Of a DNA stretch of 35,538 nucleotides, positions 1 to 9,511 are shown one piece after another. Positions within the stretch are counted from its first letter, which is position 1. Each line of letters begins with the position of its first letter. Made by a program: the position numbers and the translations under genes. The notes under the pieces are model-generated. The model searched no databases. It saw only the letters and a program-made list of their open reading frames with translations, and was not told where the DNA came from. Origin of the DNA: Chloroflexota bacterium (lineage in GTDB: Bacteria; Chloroflexota; Anaerolineae; Anaerolineales; UBA4823); assembly GCA_030669775.1 (NCBI GenBank), contig DAOVCZ010000002.1, positions 1-35,538 on the forward strand. Reading direction: 5' to 3'.

Positions 1-2
1 TC

Positions 3-419
3 CTCACAGATCAACATCGTATCCCCGAGGCCAATTTAGACTATCTGCGAGCGCTCACCTTTTATCTTGAAATCGCATTAAAGGGTGAAAATCCATATTC
101 AAGCGAACTAAACGACAAAATTGAGCATCTGCAACTGAAACTATCTGAACGAGACCTAAATGTTGACACATATTATCGGCTGTTTGATTACTATGAACTG
201 CTGGGCAAATACAATTTAGTTGACAATCAAATTTCCAGTTTACTCCTCGCATATGATGATCCATCCGAGATATTACCTGGACTCATCACCTACTACGAAG
301 AGTTATTAGAGAAAAGTGATCTGGATTTATCTGCGGGGGGGATTTCCCGGGTACGGGTACAAGCACAATTAGATGCCGTCAATAATCTAATCGCTAATAA
401 TGATTTATCATCCAATTGA
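3..419 (+). CDS. hypothetical protein, C-terminal fragment (5' end lies outside the window)
   Basis: Frame 3 is open from the window edge to TGA 417-419 (139 codons: ...LTFYLEIALKGENPY...YYRLFDYYELLGKYN...LIANNDLSSN*). It is absent from the ORF track because it has no start in the window. Hand count gives about 40% GC versus 50-55% elsewhere. No family recognised; possibly helical-repeat. Confidence 0.45.
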   Translation, partial: LTDQHRIPEANLDYLRALTFYLEIALKGENPYSSELNDKIEHLQLKLSERDLNVDTYYRLFDYYELLGKYNLVDNQISSLLLAYDDPSEILPGLITYYEELLEKSDLDLSAGGISRVRVQAQLDAVNNLIANNDLSSN

Positions 420-576
420 GCCAGAGTATCGTGCCAACTAACCCATTAAATGAGTGGCATTTCGTAGTGGAATTGGAAAACTTGCAGAGGCTGAGAACAT
501 TATTTGGTTTCGCCCTACCCCAATAATTTATCTCAAATATCCTCAACCGCGATTATGTAGACGCAAACAGCAATTA

Positions 577-753
577 TTACACCGCTCCCAAGGCTTTTTC
601 CAGGTCTTCCCGCAAGTCATCAATATGTTCCAAACCAACCGAAAGGCGCACCAATCCTGGATCGATCTCCAGAGGTGACCCGGCGGTTGAGGCGTGGGTC
701 ATAATTGCTGGGACTTCGATCAAGGATTTTTGACCTTGGATAAAATCTGCCAT
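577..753 (-). pseudogene. C-terminal stub of a Cys/Met-metabolism PLP-dependent enzyme (cystathionine gamma-synthase / O-acetylhomoserine sulfhydrylase family)
   Basis: A 58-aa minus-strand ORF, below the ORF-track cutoff: MADFIQGQKSLIEVPAIMTHASTAGSPLEIDPGLVRLSVGLEHIDDLREDLEKALGAV*. It matches the conserved C-terminal block (SLxxxPAxMTHAS ... GLVRLSVGLE..DDLxxDLxxAL) of a family normally about 380-430 aa. An in-frame TGA lies two codons upstream of the ATG, with no similarity beyond it. Confidence 0.6.
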
Positions 754-1010
754 TCCTCACAATACCCCTTCTAGCGATATCTATTCAGTGATATTTAATT
801 TCCCTTATTACAGGTTGTTCGCCGTGTTCAAGTAGTGGAATGATGAGCCTGCATTGTTTCGTTGTTAGTGTAGCAAATCACAAATCGATTGTCCACCCCC
901 TATGCTTTGCCCAAACGCTTTAGCACAAGACATCATGGGTTATAATCTCAAGTATTGACCTGGCATACTTCTGCCAGGTTTAATCACGTCCGCCGAATAT
1001 TAGAATTCCC

Positions 1011-1436
1011 ATGGATATTTTCTTACAAGACCCGAGTGATATTCCACTGCCTCCTGACGAGGTCCGCATCCGAGAGCTGCGCGCAGAACCCTTCCCTGAC
1101 CAACGTCGGGTGCGTATCACTTTAGAGATCACCCCTTTCCAGCAGCGACCCAATTGTGAAATCCAGGTTACTGATGTGAACGGAAACGTAGTCGCCAGTC
1201 TTTCGATTATCGAATCTATTGACCCAAAGATGGATTTTACGGTTCACCTGAAGGTTGAAGAACCTATCGGGGAGTTCGAAGTTTCATCGGATATCTATTA
1301 CTACGAAGATGAAAAAACCAAAGATGATCCAGACACCCAATTGGAAGGAGAGACTCACCAACTCCCAAGCCGGGTCAATATCGTTGATAGCCGCCAGACG
1401 GTTTTTGTGATTGGTGATCATCCGAATTCTGGTTAG
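1011..1436 (+). CDS. hypothetical acidic protein
   Basis: ATG ORF of 141 aa ending in TAG, on the same strand and 39 nt upstream of the ABC operon. No motif recognised. A possible promoter TTGACC(955-960)-N18-TTTAAT(979-984) overlaps a 7-bp hairpin at 959-978. Confidence 0.55.
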   Translation: MDIFLQDPSDIPLPPDEVRIRELRAEPFPDQRRVRITLEITPFQQRPNCEIQVTDVNGNVVASLSIIESIDPKMDFTVHLKVEEPIGEFEVSSDIYYYEDEKTKDDPDTQLEGETHQLPSRVNIVDSRQTVFVIGDHPNSG

Positions 1437-1475
1437 CAATACTCCCTCTCCACCGAGTTCGCCGAAATTTTTAAA

Positions 1476-3290
1476 ATGAAATCTCTCCTTCGTTTACGCA
1501 CATTTGTGCGTCCATACTGGAAACAGGTCGTACTGGCTTTGTTCGCGATCATTGCCCTGACCTTGATCAGTCTCACTGTGCCCTTGATCATTCGCCAGGT
1601 CATCGACCAGGGTCTTGTTGAGAAGGATGCGCAGCTATTAATCACCGCTGCGCTCATTTTGCTGGGGATCGGGATAGCGAGCGCCGTCTTAATTTTCTGG
1701 CAGCGATATTTAACTGAGCGTATCGCCGCCCAGGTGGGGTACGATCTGCGTAACCGCCTTTACGATCACATCCAACATCTCACTTTCACCTATCACGACC
1801 ATGCCCAGACCGGTCAGCTGATCAGCCGTACCATCGAAGATGTACGTTCCATCGAACGCTTCACCGGAAATGGGATTGTGGAACTGATCCATTTATTCCT
1901 GCTCTTTACCGGCATTGTGACCCTGCTCTTTGTGGCTAACCCTCGCCTGGCTATCATCGCCCTTCTACCGATGATCCCCCTCATCTTGATGACCTCCAAT
2001 TTCGGGCGCCGCATCAGCGATTATTTCCTGGCTGTGGATAACTCATTAGGTGAATTGTCTTCCCGCTTGCAAGAAAATGTGCTCGGTGTCCAGGTTGTGC
2101 GCGCCTTCGCTCGTGAGCCATATGAAATCGAGCGTTTCAACCATGCAAACCGCATCCTCTACAATGCCCGCATCACGGTCATCGGCGAATGGTTCAAGAT
2201 TATGCCAACCTCACATCTATTGGTCATCCTGAGCACGATCTTGATCCTTTGGTTCGGTGGTCAGCTGGTCCTGGCCGGTGAGATGACGATTGGTGAAGTG
2301 GTCGCCTTTAATAGTTACCTGCTCATGCTGGCCGAACCAGCCCGGCAGCTCACCTGGTTGGTGAATATGGCTGGCGAGGCAGTCGCTGGGGTCAACCGCA
2401 CCTTTGAGGTTCTCGACCATGTGCCTGAGATCCAGTCACCCCCAGACCCGGTCAGTCTTCCCCAACTCTCCGGTCGCGTCGAATTGAAGGACGTCGCCCT
2501 GGCCTATCAGGGTGAGGCGACCCACGCCCTGTGTGAGATCAACCTGGCCGTCGAACCCAACCAGGTCATTGCCCTGATCGGCCCCGCCGGATCTGGTAAG
2601 ACCAGCCTGGTCAACCTGATCCCCCGCTTTTATGACGTCAACCAGGGAGCGGTTTTGGTAGATGGCATCGATGTCCGCCATGTAGACTTGGTGACTTTGC
2701 GGAAACAGATCGGCATTGTTCTACAAACCTCGTTGCTCTTCTCCTCCAGTATTCGTGAAAATATCGCCTATGGACGCCCAGATGCAAGTGAGGTAGAGAT
2801 CGTCGAGGCGGCTAAAGCTGCCCAGGCCCATGACTTTATCCTATCATTCCCAGCTGGCTACGACACAGTCATCGGTGAGAGAGGAGTGACCCTTTCTGGT
2901 GGCCAGCGCCAGCGGGTGGCAATCGCCCGCGCTTTATTGATGGACCCCCGCATCCTGATCCTGGACGACTCGACCTCCAGCGTCGATTTGGGTACCGAGC
3001 ACCTGATCCAAAAAGCCTTGTGGCGCTTGATGGAAGGCCGTACAACTTTTATCATCGCTCACCGTCTTTCAACTGTGCGGCGCGCGGATTTGATCCTGGT
3101 CATGGATAGTGGGCAGATCCTCGAACGCGGGGTGCATTTAGACTTATTGAAGCAAGGCGGCCTGTATCGAGAAATTTACGACCTGCAATTGCGCGACCAG
3201 GAAAAATTCCGTAAAGAAGTCGCAGCCTTAGATTTCACCCCAACCGCTTCTTATCCTGTATCTAGACCTCAAGGTTGGGAGGCAGAATGA
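1476..3290 (+). CDS. ABC exporter, fused permease/ATPase, chain 1 (degenerate-site partner)
   Basis: 604 aa. N-terminal TM domain followed by an NBD. Walker A GPAGSGKTS, signature LSGGQRQR, Walker B ILILDD followed by S (Asp where the catalytic Glu is expected), H-loop IAHRLST. Confidence 0.9.
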   Translation: MKSLLRLRTFVRPYWKQVVLALFAIIALTLISLTVPLIIRQVIDQGLVEKDAQLLITAALILLGIGIASAVLIFWQRYLTERIAAQVGYDLRNRLYDHIQHLTFTYHDHAQTGQLISRTIEDVRSIERFTGNGIVELIHLFLLFTGIVTLLFVANPRLAIIALLPMIPLILMTSNFGRRISDYFLAVDNSLGELSSRLQENVLGVQVVRAFAREPYEIERFNHANRILYNARITVIGEWFKIMPTSHLLVILSTILILWFGGQLVLAGEMTIGEVVAFNSYLLMLAEPARQLTWLVNMAGEAVAGVNRTFEVLDHVPEIQSPPDPVSLPQLSGRVELKDVALAYQGEATHALCEINLAVEPNQVIALIGPAGSGKTSLVNLIPRFYDVNQGAVLVDGIDVRHVDLVTLRKQIGIVLQTSLLFSSSIRENIAYGRPDASEVEIVEAAKAAQAHDFILSFPAGYDTVIGERGVTLSGGQRQRVAIARALLMDPRILILDDSTSSVDLGTEHLIQKALWRLMEGRTTFIIAHRLSTVRRADLILVMDSGQILERGVHLDLLKQGGLYREIYDLQLRDQEKFRKEVAALDFTPTASYPVSRPQGWEAE

Positions 3291-5095
3291 GTACACCCCC
3301 TCCCGGCGAAGACATCGCCTTCAAAGGCTACGATCCGAACGTCTCCTGGCGTCTGCTTTCATCTTTAGGTCCCTACCGCTTGCAGTTCACCCTGGCGATT
3401 ATCCTGATGTTGATCAGCTCGGCCGCTGCCGTGGCTGGTCCTTATTTGGTCAAGGTCGCCCTGGACTCGGGTCTGAGCGCTGGTTCGCTAACCGTTTTAC
3501 GCCAAACTTTATTTCTCTACCTGTTCGTCGCCATTATCCAATGGACATCAACATTTTTACGTGTCTACCTGATGCCGCGTGTCGGGCAATCCATCATTTA
3601 TGACCTGCGATCGAGCCTTTTCGAACACCTGCAGGAACTCTCGCTCAGTTTCTTTAGCCACTACAGTGTCGGGCGTGTCATCTCCCGCGTGATCAACGAT
3701 GTGGGCGTCCTGCGGGAGTTCATCACCTGGGCAATATTGGCTATCGCTCGCGACCTTTTTACTCTAGTTGGCATCGTCATCGCCATGTTGAGCATGAACA
3801 TGCGCCTTTCGCTGCTGACCTTCACCGTGCTCCCCATCATGGCAGTAGCAACTATGGTCTTCAAGAAATATGCCCGCCAGAACTACCGCCAGGTGCGAGC
3901 TGCGATCAGCTGGGTCAACTCTGTATTAGCTGAGAATATCAACGGTGTGCGGGTTGTGCAGGCTTTCTCGCGTGAGCAGGTTAATTATCAAAATTTCAGG
4001 GACGTTGTCAACCAGAACAACTTGGATGCGAACCTGCGCGCCGCCCGAGTCGCCTCCGCTTTTCCGGCTGTGATCGATTTATTAGGTGCCGCTGCAACAG
4101 CTCTTATCGTCTGGTTGGGTGGTCTGGCGGTCATACGCAGCCAACCTGGAGCAGCAGATGCGATCACACCAGGTGTTCTTGTCGCTTTTCTGCTCTATAT
4201 TAATCGCTTCTTCGATCCTATCCGTGATCTCAGCCGTCGTTATGACTCATTCCAGTCCACTATGGCCGGCGGTGAACGGATCTTCGCCCTGATGGATACC
4301 CCCGTCGAAGTCCAGGATGCCCCGGATGCTATCCAGCTGCCCATAATCCAGGGAGAAGTGCGCTTTGAGGGGGTCTCCTTCTATTACTCAGATCAAGATC
4401 CAGATCAAGGAGAGCAGCCCGTTCTCCAACACATTGATATGCACATTCCCGCCGGCCAAACGGTCGCCCTGGTTGGCGAGACTGGGGCCGGTAAATCCAC
4501 TTTGATCAAACTCATCGCCCGTTTCCACGATCCTACCCAAGGGCGTGTATTGATCGATGGGTATGATCTCCGCCATGTCACCCAAAACAGCTTGCGCAGC
4601 CAAATGGGTCTAGTCCTTCAAGATCCTTTCCTGTTTAATGGCACTGTCGCCGAGAACATTCGCTTTGGACGCCTTGAAGCCAGTGATGAGGAGGTACAGG
4701 CAGCTGCCCAGGCGGTCGGTGCAGATGATTTTATCCAGCGCCTCTCGCGGGGATATCTCTCCCCAGTTGAAGAGGGGGGAGCGGTTTTATCTGTGGGCCA
4801 ACGCCAATTAATCTCATTCGCTCGCGCCCTCCTCGCAGATCCAAGAATACTGATCCTAGATGAGGCCACCTCCAGCGTTGATACACAAACAGAACGCTTA
4901 ATCCAGCAAGCTCTGGCACGTTTACTGCACGGTAGAACATCATTCGTCATCGCTCACCGTCTGTCAACCGTGGTAAATGCGGATATAATATTGGTAGTCC
5001 ATGATGGACGGATTATTGAAGAGGGTAACCATTCAGAATTGCTGGCATTTGGTGGAACATATTTCCACCTTTACAGTTCAGGATTCGAAGAATAA
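3287..5095 (+). CDS. ABC exporter, fused permease/ATPase, chain 2 (consensus-site partner)
   Basis: ATG 3287 overlaps the upstream TGA (ATGA), with GGGAGG just upstream. The TTG 3275 start in the ORF track is less likely. Walker A GETGAGKST, signature LSVGQRQ (non-canonical), Walker B ILILDEAT, H-loop IAHRLST. Confidence 0.9.
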   Translation: MSTPPPGEDIAFKGYDPNVSWRLLSSLGPYRLQFTLAIILMLISSAAAVAGPYLVKVALDSGLSAGSLTVLRQTLFLYLFVAIIQWTSTFLRVYLMPRVGQSIIYDLRSSLFEHLQELSLSFFSHYSVGRVISRVINDVGVLREFITWAILAIARDLFTLVGIVIAMLSMNMRLSLLTFTVLPIMAVATMVFKKYARQNYRQVRAAISWVNSVLAENINGVRVVQAFSREQVNYQNFRDVVNQNNLDANLRAARVASAFPAVIDLLGAAATALIVWLGGLAVIRSQPGAADAITPGVLVAFLLYINRFFDPIRDLSRRYDSFQSTMAGGERIFALMDTPVEVQDAPDAIQLPIIQGEVRFEGVSFYYSDQDPDQGEQPVLQHIDMHIPAGQTVALVGETGAGKSTLIKLIARFHDPTQGRVLIDGYDLRHVTQNSLRSQMGLVLQDPFLFNGTVAENIRFGRLEASDEEVQAAAQAVGADDFIQRLSRGYLSPVEEGGAVLSVGQRQLISFARALLADPRILILDEATSSVDTQTERLIQQALARLLHGRTSFVIAHRLSTVVNADIILVVHDGRIIEEGNHSELLAFGGTYFHLYSSGFEE

Positions 5096-5225
5096 TCAAC
5101 AGTATCCTATTGATTGCAGAAGTGTTAGGTGACCTCAAACATTAGGGTGTTAAACTTCAGGTACTGGCCGGGATTACCGGTCATTGTTGGCAGTTAAAAT
5201 TCCCGCTATTGAGGATAATGTCATA

Positions 5226-7130
5226 ATGCCAACTGGTCACGAATGGAGATCGTCGATCGAGGGTGGAGAATTTCAACCTTCGCGAACAAGGTTTTCGCGC
5301 GGAGTAGTATTAACCTCCTCAGCGGTAATACTGCTGATTGCGACCATAATATTATGGCCAATATATCAGTTCACAACCAGTTCAGTCAGCGCTGGTGATC
5401 CAACCCCTGTCGCCACAAACCAAACCGAGCCCACGATTATCCATCCCTCGCCCACAGCTACCCTCACGCCAGCTGCAACCGCCTCACAGGCATTGATATC
5501 CCCGACAATGTTGCCTGTTTCTCCAGCCCAAGTAGTTTCTTCACCTCTTCAAGAGGGGTTGGTAGTTCTGGCTCTCTACGAAGCCGGTCACAGTCATCTC
5601 TTTGCCTATCAATCGATGGCAACTCCATACACTCGTCTTACTTCAGGTCCTTGGAATGATATCACTCCTTCTCTCAGCCCAGATGGCCGGTGGTTGGCAT
5701 TCGCTTCCGATCGATCCGGACCATGGGACCTCTACCTACTCGATCTGCATAGCGGCGAGCTCACCAGTCTCACCGATACCCCGCAATTTGAAGCTGCCCC
5801 TTCCTGGTCCCCAGATGGAAATCTCCTGGCTTATGAAAGCTACGATCAAAATTTTGAAATAATCATCCGCTCAGTGTTTGATGATCAAACACTGTTAAAT
5901 CTCAGCCAGCACCCTGCTGCTGATTATCAACCAACTTGGTCACCTCAAGGTCGCCAATTAGTTTTCGTCTCCAATCGCAGTGGGGAACCCGAGATCTGGC
6001 TGGCTGATTTCGACGAATATGGTGATGAGCGCTTTTCCAACTTGAGTCTAAATCCGGAGATGCAAGAATCAAATCCGGTATGGTCCCCAGACGGCACATC
6101 CCTGGCCTGGGCGGCCCTTCAAGAACGCAACCATAGTTTATTCATTTGGCATCCCGATCAAGGGGCGCGATATGTCGGTAGTGGCGATTGGCCCATTTGG
6201 GACCCAGACAGCAGTATCCTGCTTACTGCCCTTAGAGACGCAAACCAAACTTTGTTGACTGCTTACCAGGCATCGGATTCACAGCTGGCATTACCACCCG
6301 TGGTATTGCCTGGATCAATAACAGGATTAACCTGGGGTCGTCAACCGCTGCCATCTCCACTGCCTCAGAGCCTGCAACAAATTGTCTCAGAAATTCCTGA
6401 ACTGCCATGGTCCTCAGGGTCCGGAGAGAATTCTGATACCCAGAATGGTCGCGAGCCTTTAGCTCCCCTGATCAATGTTCAGGCTCCATATCCCCAGCTC
6501 CATGATTCTGTGGATGAAGCCTTCCAGGCTTTGCGAGCAAAAGTAGCTGCGGAAACTGGCTGGGATTTCCTCTCATCCCTCGAAAACGCGTTCGTGCCCC
6601 TCACCGAACCCCTACCACCAGGAATGGGTGATGATTGGCTCTATACTGGTAGGGCTTTTACCTTTGACTCACTGCCCATGAATGCAGGCTGGGTAGTCAT
6701 GGTACCAGAAATGTATGGTCACCAGACATACTGGCGGGTATATATTAAGGCGCGCTTCCAAAACGGCTCGCAAGGCCAACCAATGCGCCATATTCCTTGG
6801 AATTTCAATGCGCGCTATGCAGGAGATCCATTATTCTACGAACAAGGTGGCGAGATTGGGCTTGGCATCCCCGCTGGTTATTGGGTTGATTTCACTGAAA
6901 TCGCCGCTTCTCTCGGTTGGCAGAGATTACCAGCCCTTCCCACCTGGCAATCAGCGTTCTTTGCTGCCCGCTTCAATGAGTTTTTCTTACCCAATGACCA
7001 ATCTTGGCAGGAAGCGATGTTTGATCTCTACCCGGCTGAAGCCTTGCTCACGCCCACCCCGGTCTTTCCTCCCACGTTAACTCCCACCCGGACTCCCAGC
7101 TGGCCCATCATTTCTACCCCCTCACCATGA
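5226..7130 (+). CDS. membrane-anchored TolB-like (PD40 beta-propeller repeat) protein with unassigned C-terminal domain
   Basis: TM segment VVLTSSAVILLIATIILWPIY, then a Pro/Thr linker. Repeated PD40 motifs: SPDGRWLAFASDRSG, SWSPDGNLLAYES, TWSPQGRQLVFVSNRSGEPEIW, VWSPDGTSLAWAA. ATG 5226 with GAGGA about 10 nt upstream is preferred over the TTG 5184 of the ORF track. Confidence 0.8.
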   Translation: MPTGHEWRSSIEGGEFQPSRTRFSRGVVLTSSAVILLIATIILWPIYQFTTSSVSAGDPTPVATNQTEPTIIHPSPTATLTPAATASQALISPTMLPVSPAQVVSSPLQEGLVVLALYEAGHSHLFAYQSMATPYTRLTSGPWNDITPSLSPDGRWLAFASDRSGPWDLYLLDLHSGELTSLTDTPQFEAAPSWSPDGNLLAYESYDQNFEIIIRSVFDDQTLLNLSQHPAADYQPTWSPQGRQLVFVSNRSGEPEIWLADFDEYGDERFSNLSLNPEMQESNPVWSPDGTSLAWAALQERNHSLFIWHPDQGARYVGSGDWPIWDPDSSILLTALRDANQTLLTAYQASDSQLALPPVVLPGSITGLTWGRQPLPSPLPQSLQQIVSEIPELPWSSGSGENSDTQNGREPLAPLINVQAPYPQLHDSVDEAFQALRAKVAAETGWDFLSSLENAFVPLTEPLPPGMGDDWLYTGRAFTFDSLPMNAGWVVMVPEMYGHQTYWRVYIKARFQNGSQGQPMRHIPWNFNARYAGDPLFYEQGGEIGLGIPAGYWVDFTEIAASLGWQRLPALPTWQSAFFAARFNEFFLPNDQSWQEAMFDLYPAEALLTPTPVFPPTLTPTRTPSWPIISTPSP

Positions 7131-8266
7131 CCAATCCGGGAAGATTACAGATCACGCTTTGGTTGCTTGTTGCGATTCTGATATTTGGTTCGGCCTGTCA
7201 GACAGCTGAAATAATAGAAACCAGCAAACCAACCTCAACGACGGTGTGGCTCTCTCCCACCCCCCTGCCTACCCAATCTACTCCTATCGGCAGCGACCCC
7301 CAACCTGCACCCAAGGTTCAAGAGAGGATCAAATTAGAGATCCCAACACCAGAGCCAACTCCGGAACCTGTACCATTTGATGTTTCCGCTCCCCAGCTGC
7401 ACTCAAACCCATCCTGGCGACCCGCTCTTTATCCAGTACCATTGGCACTGACAACTTTCGATCACTTCTATTTCACCTGGCCTCTCGCGGAAAATGAAGC
7501 CAGCTCGATTGTAGAAGATTATCGCTATGGTGGCTCCTACTTCGAAGATGTAGTGCATACCGGAATGGATATCAAAATCCCGGTCGGTACGCCAATCCTT
7601 GCCGCTGGACCTGGAAAAGTGGTATTGTCTGGATACGGTTTGTTTTCCGGCAAATATGACCCAGATGATCCCTATGGACAGGTAGTAATGATTCGCCACA
7701 GTTTCGGCCATGATGGCTCATTGTTATACACTGTCTACGCCCACCTGGATCGGGTGGATGTCAAACGAGATCAATACGTTGAAGCTGGAGAATTAATCGG
7801 TTTAAGTGGAAATACCGGGAAATCATCCGGCCCTCACCTGCATTTTGAAATCAGATTAGACGAGACGGGGGAGGGTTTCTTCTCCACCAGAAATCCGGAG
7901 TTGTGGCTGGTTCCCCCTCAGGGATGGGGGGTGTTAGCCGGAAGGGTAATGAACACCGGTGGACGAAAAGTTGAAGGACAATTAGTGATTGTCCGTCCTC
8001 TCCAGGGCGAACAATTCTGGCGAGCAAATTCCTACCATCGCGGCAATATCAATTCTGACCCGTATTATCAAGAGAACCTGGTAGTTAGTGACCTGCCAGC
8101 TGGGCGATACGAGATCGTCATCAACTACCTTTCCAGAATTTACACCCAGGAAATTGAAATCTACCCTGGGTTAGTCAGTTATTTCTCCTTTCGCGGTCGC
8201 AGTGGGTTTACCACGGAGCCTCCACCACTTCCAGGTGCAGATTTCGATCCACCGCAATCTCCTTGA
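7127..8266 (+). CDS. M23 family metallopeptidase (peptidoglycan endopeptidase-like)
   Basis: ATGA overlap with the upstream stop. Signal/anchor LQITLWLLVAILIFGSAC, then a Pro-rich linker. M23 motifs HTGMDI and GNTGKSSGPHLHFEI. The C-terminal region resembles a carboxypeptidase-regulatory beta-sandwich (GRVMNTGGRKVEG...LPAGRYEIV). Confidence 0.85.
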   Translation: MTNPGRLQITLWLLVAILIFGSACQTAEIIETSKPTSTTVWLSPTPLPTQSTPIGSDPQPAPKVQERIKLEIPTPEPTPEPVPFDVSAPQLHSNPSWRPALYPVPLALTTFDHFYFTWPLAENEASSIVEDYRYGGSYFEDVVHTGMDIKIPVGTPILAAGPGKVVLSGYGLFSGKYDPDDPYGQVVMIRHSFGHDGSLLYTVYAHLDRVDVKRDQYVEAGELIGLSGNTGKSSGPHLHFEIRLDETGEGFFSTRNPELWLVPPQGWGVLAGRVMNTGGRKVEGQLVIVRPLQGEQFWRANSYHRGNINSDPYYQENLVVSDLPAGRYEIVINYLSRIYTQEIEIYPGLVSYFSFRGRSGFTTEPPPLPGADFDPPQSP

Positions 8267-8290
8267 CAATCAGAACGTATGTGCTAAACT
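8263..8290 (+). promoter_or_regulatory. putative recA promoter with embedded Cheo-type LexA (SOS) box
   Basis: TTGACA (8263-8268), 16-nt spacer, TAAACT (8285-8290). The spacer contains GAACGTATGTGC (8273-8284), which matches GAAC-N4-GTTC with one mismatch. Confidence 0.4.
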
Positions 8291-8410
8291 TAGGGGTGAG
8301 ATTATGTAAATACAACCTGGAATTAAGAAAACCCACTTGTGTATTGCGATTTTCTCCACTGCCGGATACAATCATTACAGGTATTAGCTTATGATCAGGA
8401 GAATAGTTAT

Positions 8411-9490
8411 ATGGCTGGAAAGAAATCACCCACCCCAGATGAAATGGATGAATCACGCCAAATCGCTTTAGACAAAGCGTTAAGCGATATTACCAAACGC
8501 TATGGTGTTGGGACGATTATGCGCTTGGGGGAATCCCATCTTTTGGATGTTGACATTATCCCGACAGGATCACTCTCATTGGATATTGCCCTCGGTACGG
8601 GAGGCATCCCTCGTGGTCGCATAACTGAAATTTTTGGCCCTGAAGCCTCAGGTAAAACGACGCTCTGCCAACACATTATAGCCGAAGCTCAACGCCTGGG
8701 AGGCACTTGCGCCTTCGTTGATATGGAACACGCCCTCGATCCATCTTATGCATCCCGCTGTGGAGTCGATATAGACAGCTTATTGATCTCTCAGCCTGAT
8801 ATGGGAGAGCAAGCACTCGAGATCACCGAAACGCTTGTCCGCTCTGGCGCAGTAGATATCATCGTAATCGACTCGGTAGCTGCTTTAGTCCCGCGCGCTG
8901 AAATTGAAGGTGATATGGGCGATTCACCGATGGGCATGCAAGCTCGCTTGATGTCCCAAGCTTTGCGGAAGCTCTCCGGGGCGATCAAACAAACCAATAC
9001 AGCTGTGGTCTTTACCAACCAGTTGCGCATGAAAATCGGCGTCATGTTCGGTAATCCAGAGACAACTACCGGTGGTATGGCCCTCAAGTTTTATTCATCC
9101 GTTCGCCTGGATATACGACGCATACAATCGATAAAACTTGGCTCGGAGATCATCGGCAATCGAACTCGCGTGCGGGTGGTGAAAAACAAAGTCGCCCCTC
9201 CATTTCGGACTGCGGAATTCGACATCATGTATAACGAGGGCATTTCAAAATCCGGCGATATACTCGACTTAGCCACCGAACTTTCGTTAATCGATAAACG
9301 AGGCTCCTTTTATTCTTATGGCGATATCCGTCTCGGTCAAGGACGTGAGAACGCGAAAGGTTTCTTACGGGAAAATCCAGACATGATGGAAGAAATCGAT
9401 TTGGCTATTCGACAGCAAACCCTTAGCGGAATAATACCGATGGCGGTTGGCGAGGATGAAGAGCTAGATCCAGCCGAAGAAGAATTGTAA
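8411..9490 (+). CDS. recA: recombinase RecA
   Basis: Begins [41 protein letters not shown]. Walker [10 protein letters not shown], with the RecA core conserved throughout and an acidic C-terminal tail. ATG 8411 has AGGAG 9 nt upstream. The ORF-track start at 8339 would add a non-homologous extension. Confidence 0.95.
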   Translation: MAGKKSPTPDEMDESRQIALDKALSDITKRYGVGTIMRLGESHLLDVDIIPTGSLSLDIALGTGGIPRGRITEIFGPEASGKTTLCQHIIAEAQRLGGTCAFVDMEHALDPSYASRCGVDIDSLLISQPDMGEQALEITETLVRSGAVDIIVIDSVAALVPRAEIEGDMGDSPMGMQARLMSQALRKLSGAIKQTNTAVVFTNQLRMKIGVMFGNPETTTGGMALKFYSSVRLDIRRIQSIKLGSEIIGNRTRVRVVKNKVAPPFRTAEFDIMYNEGISKSGDILDLATELSLIDKRGSFYSYGDIRLGQGRENAKGFLRENPDMMEEIDLAIRQQTLSGIIPMAVGEDEELDPAEEEL

Positions 9491-9511
9491 ATCACCAGGT
9501 TTTCAATCAAT

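Noticed and set aside
55-264. 69-aa minus-strand ORF
   Set aside because: It lies entirely antisense within the open frame-3 partial CDS (3-419). Cys/His-rich, and no motif.
454-678. 74-aa plus-strand ORF from the track
   Set aside because: It is antisense to the much better supported PLP-enzyme C-terminal remnant (577-753, minus strand). It has no SD and its composition is not protein-like.
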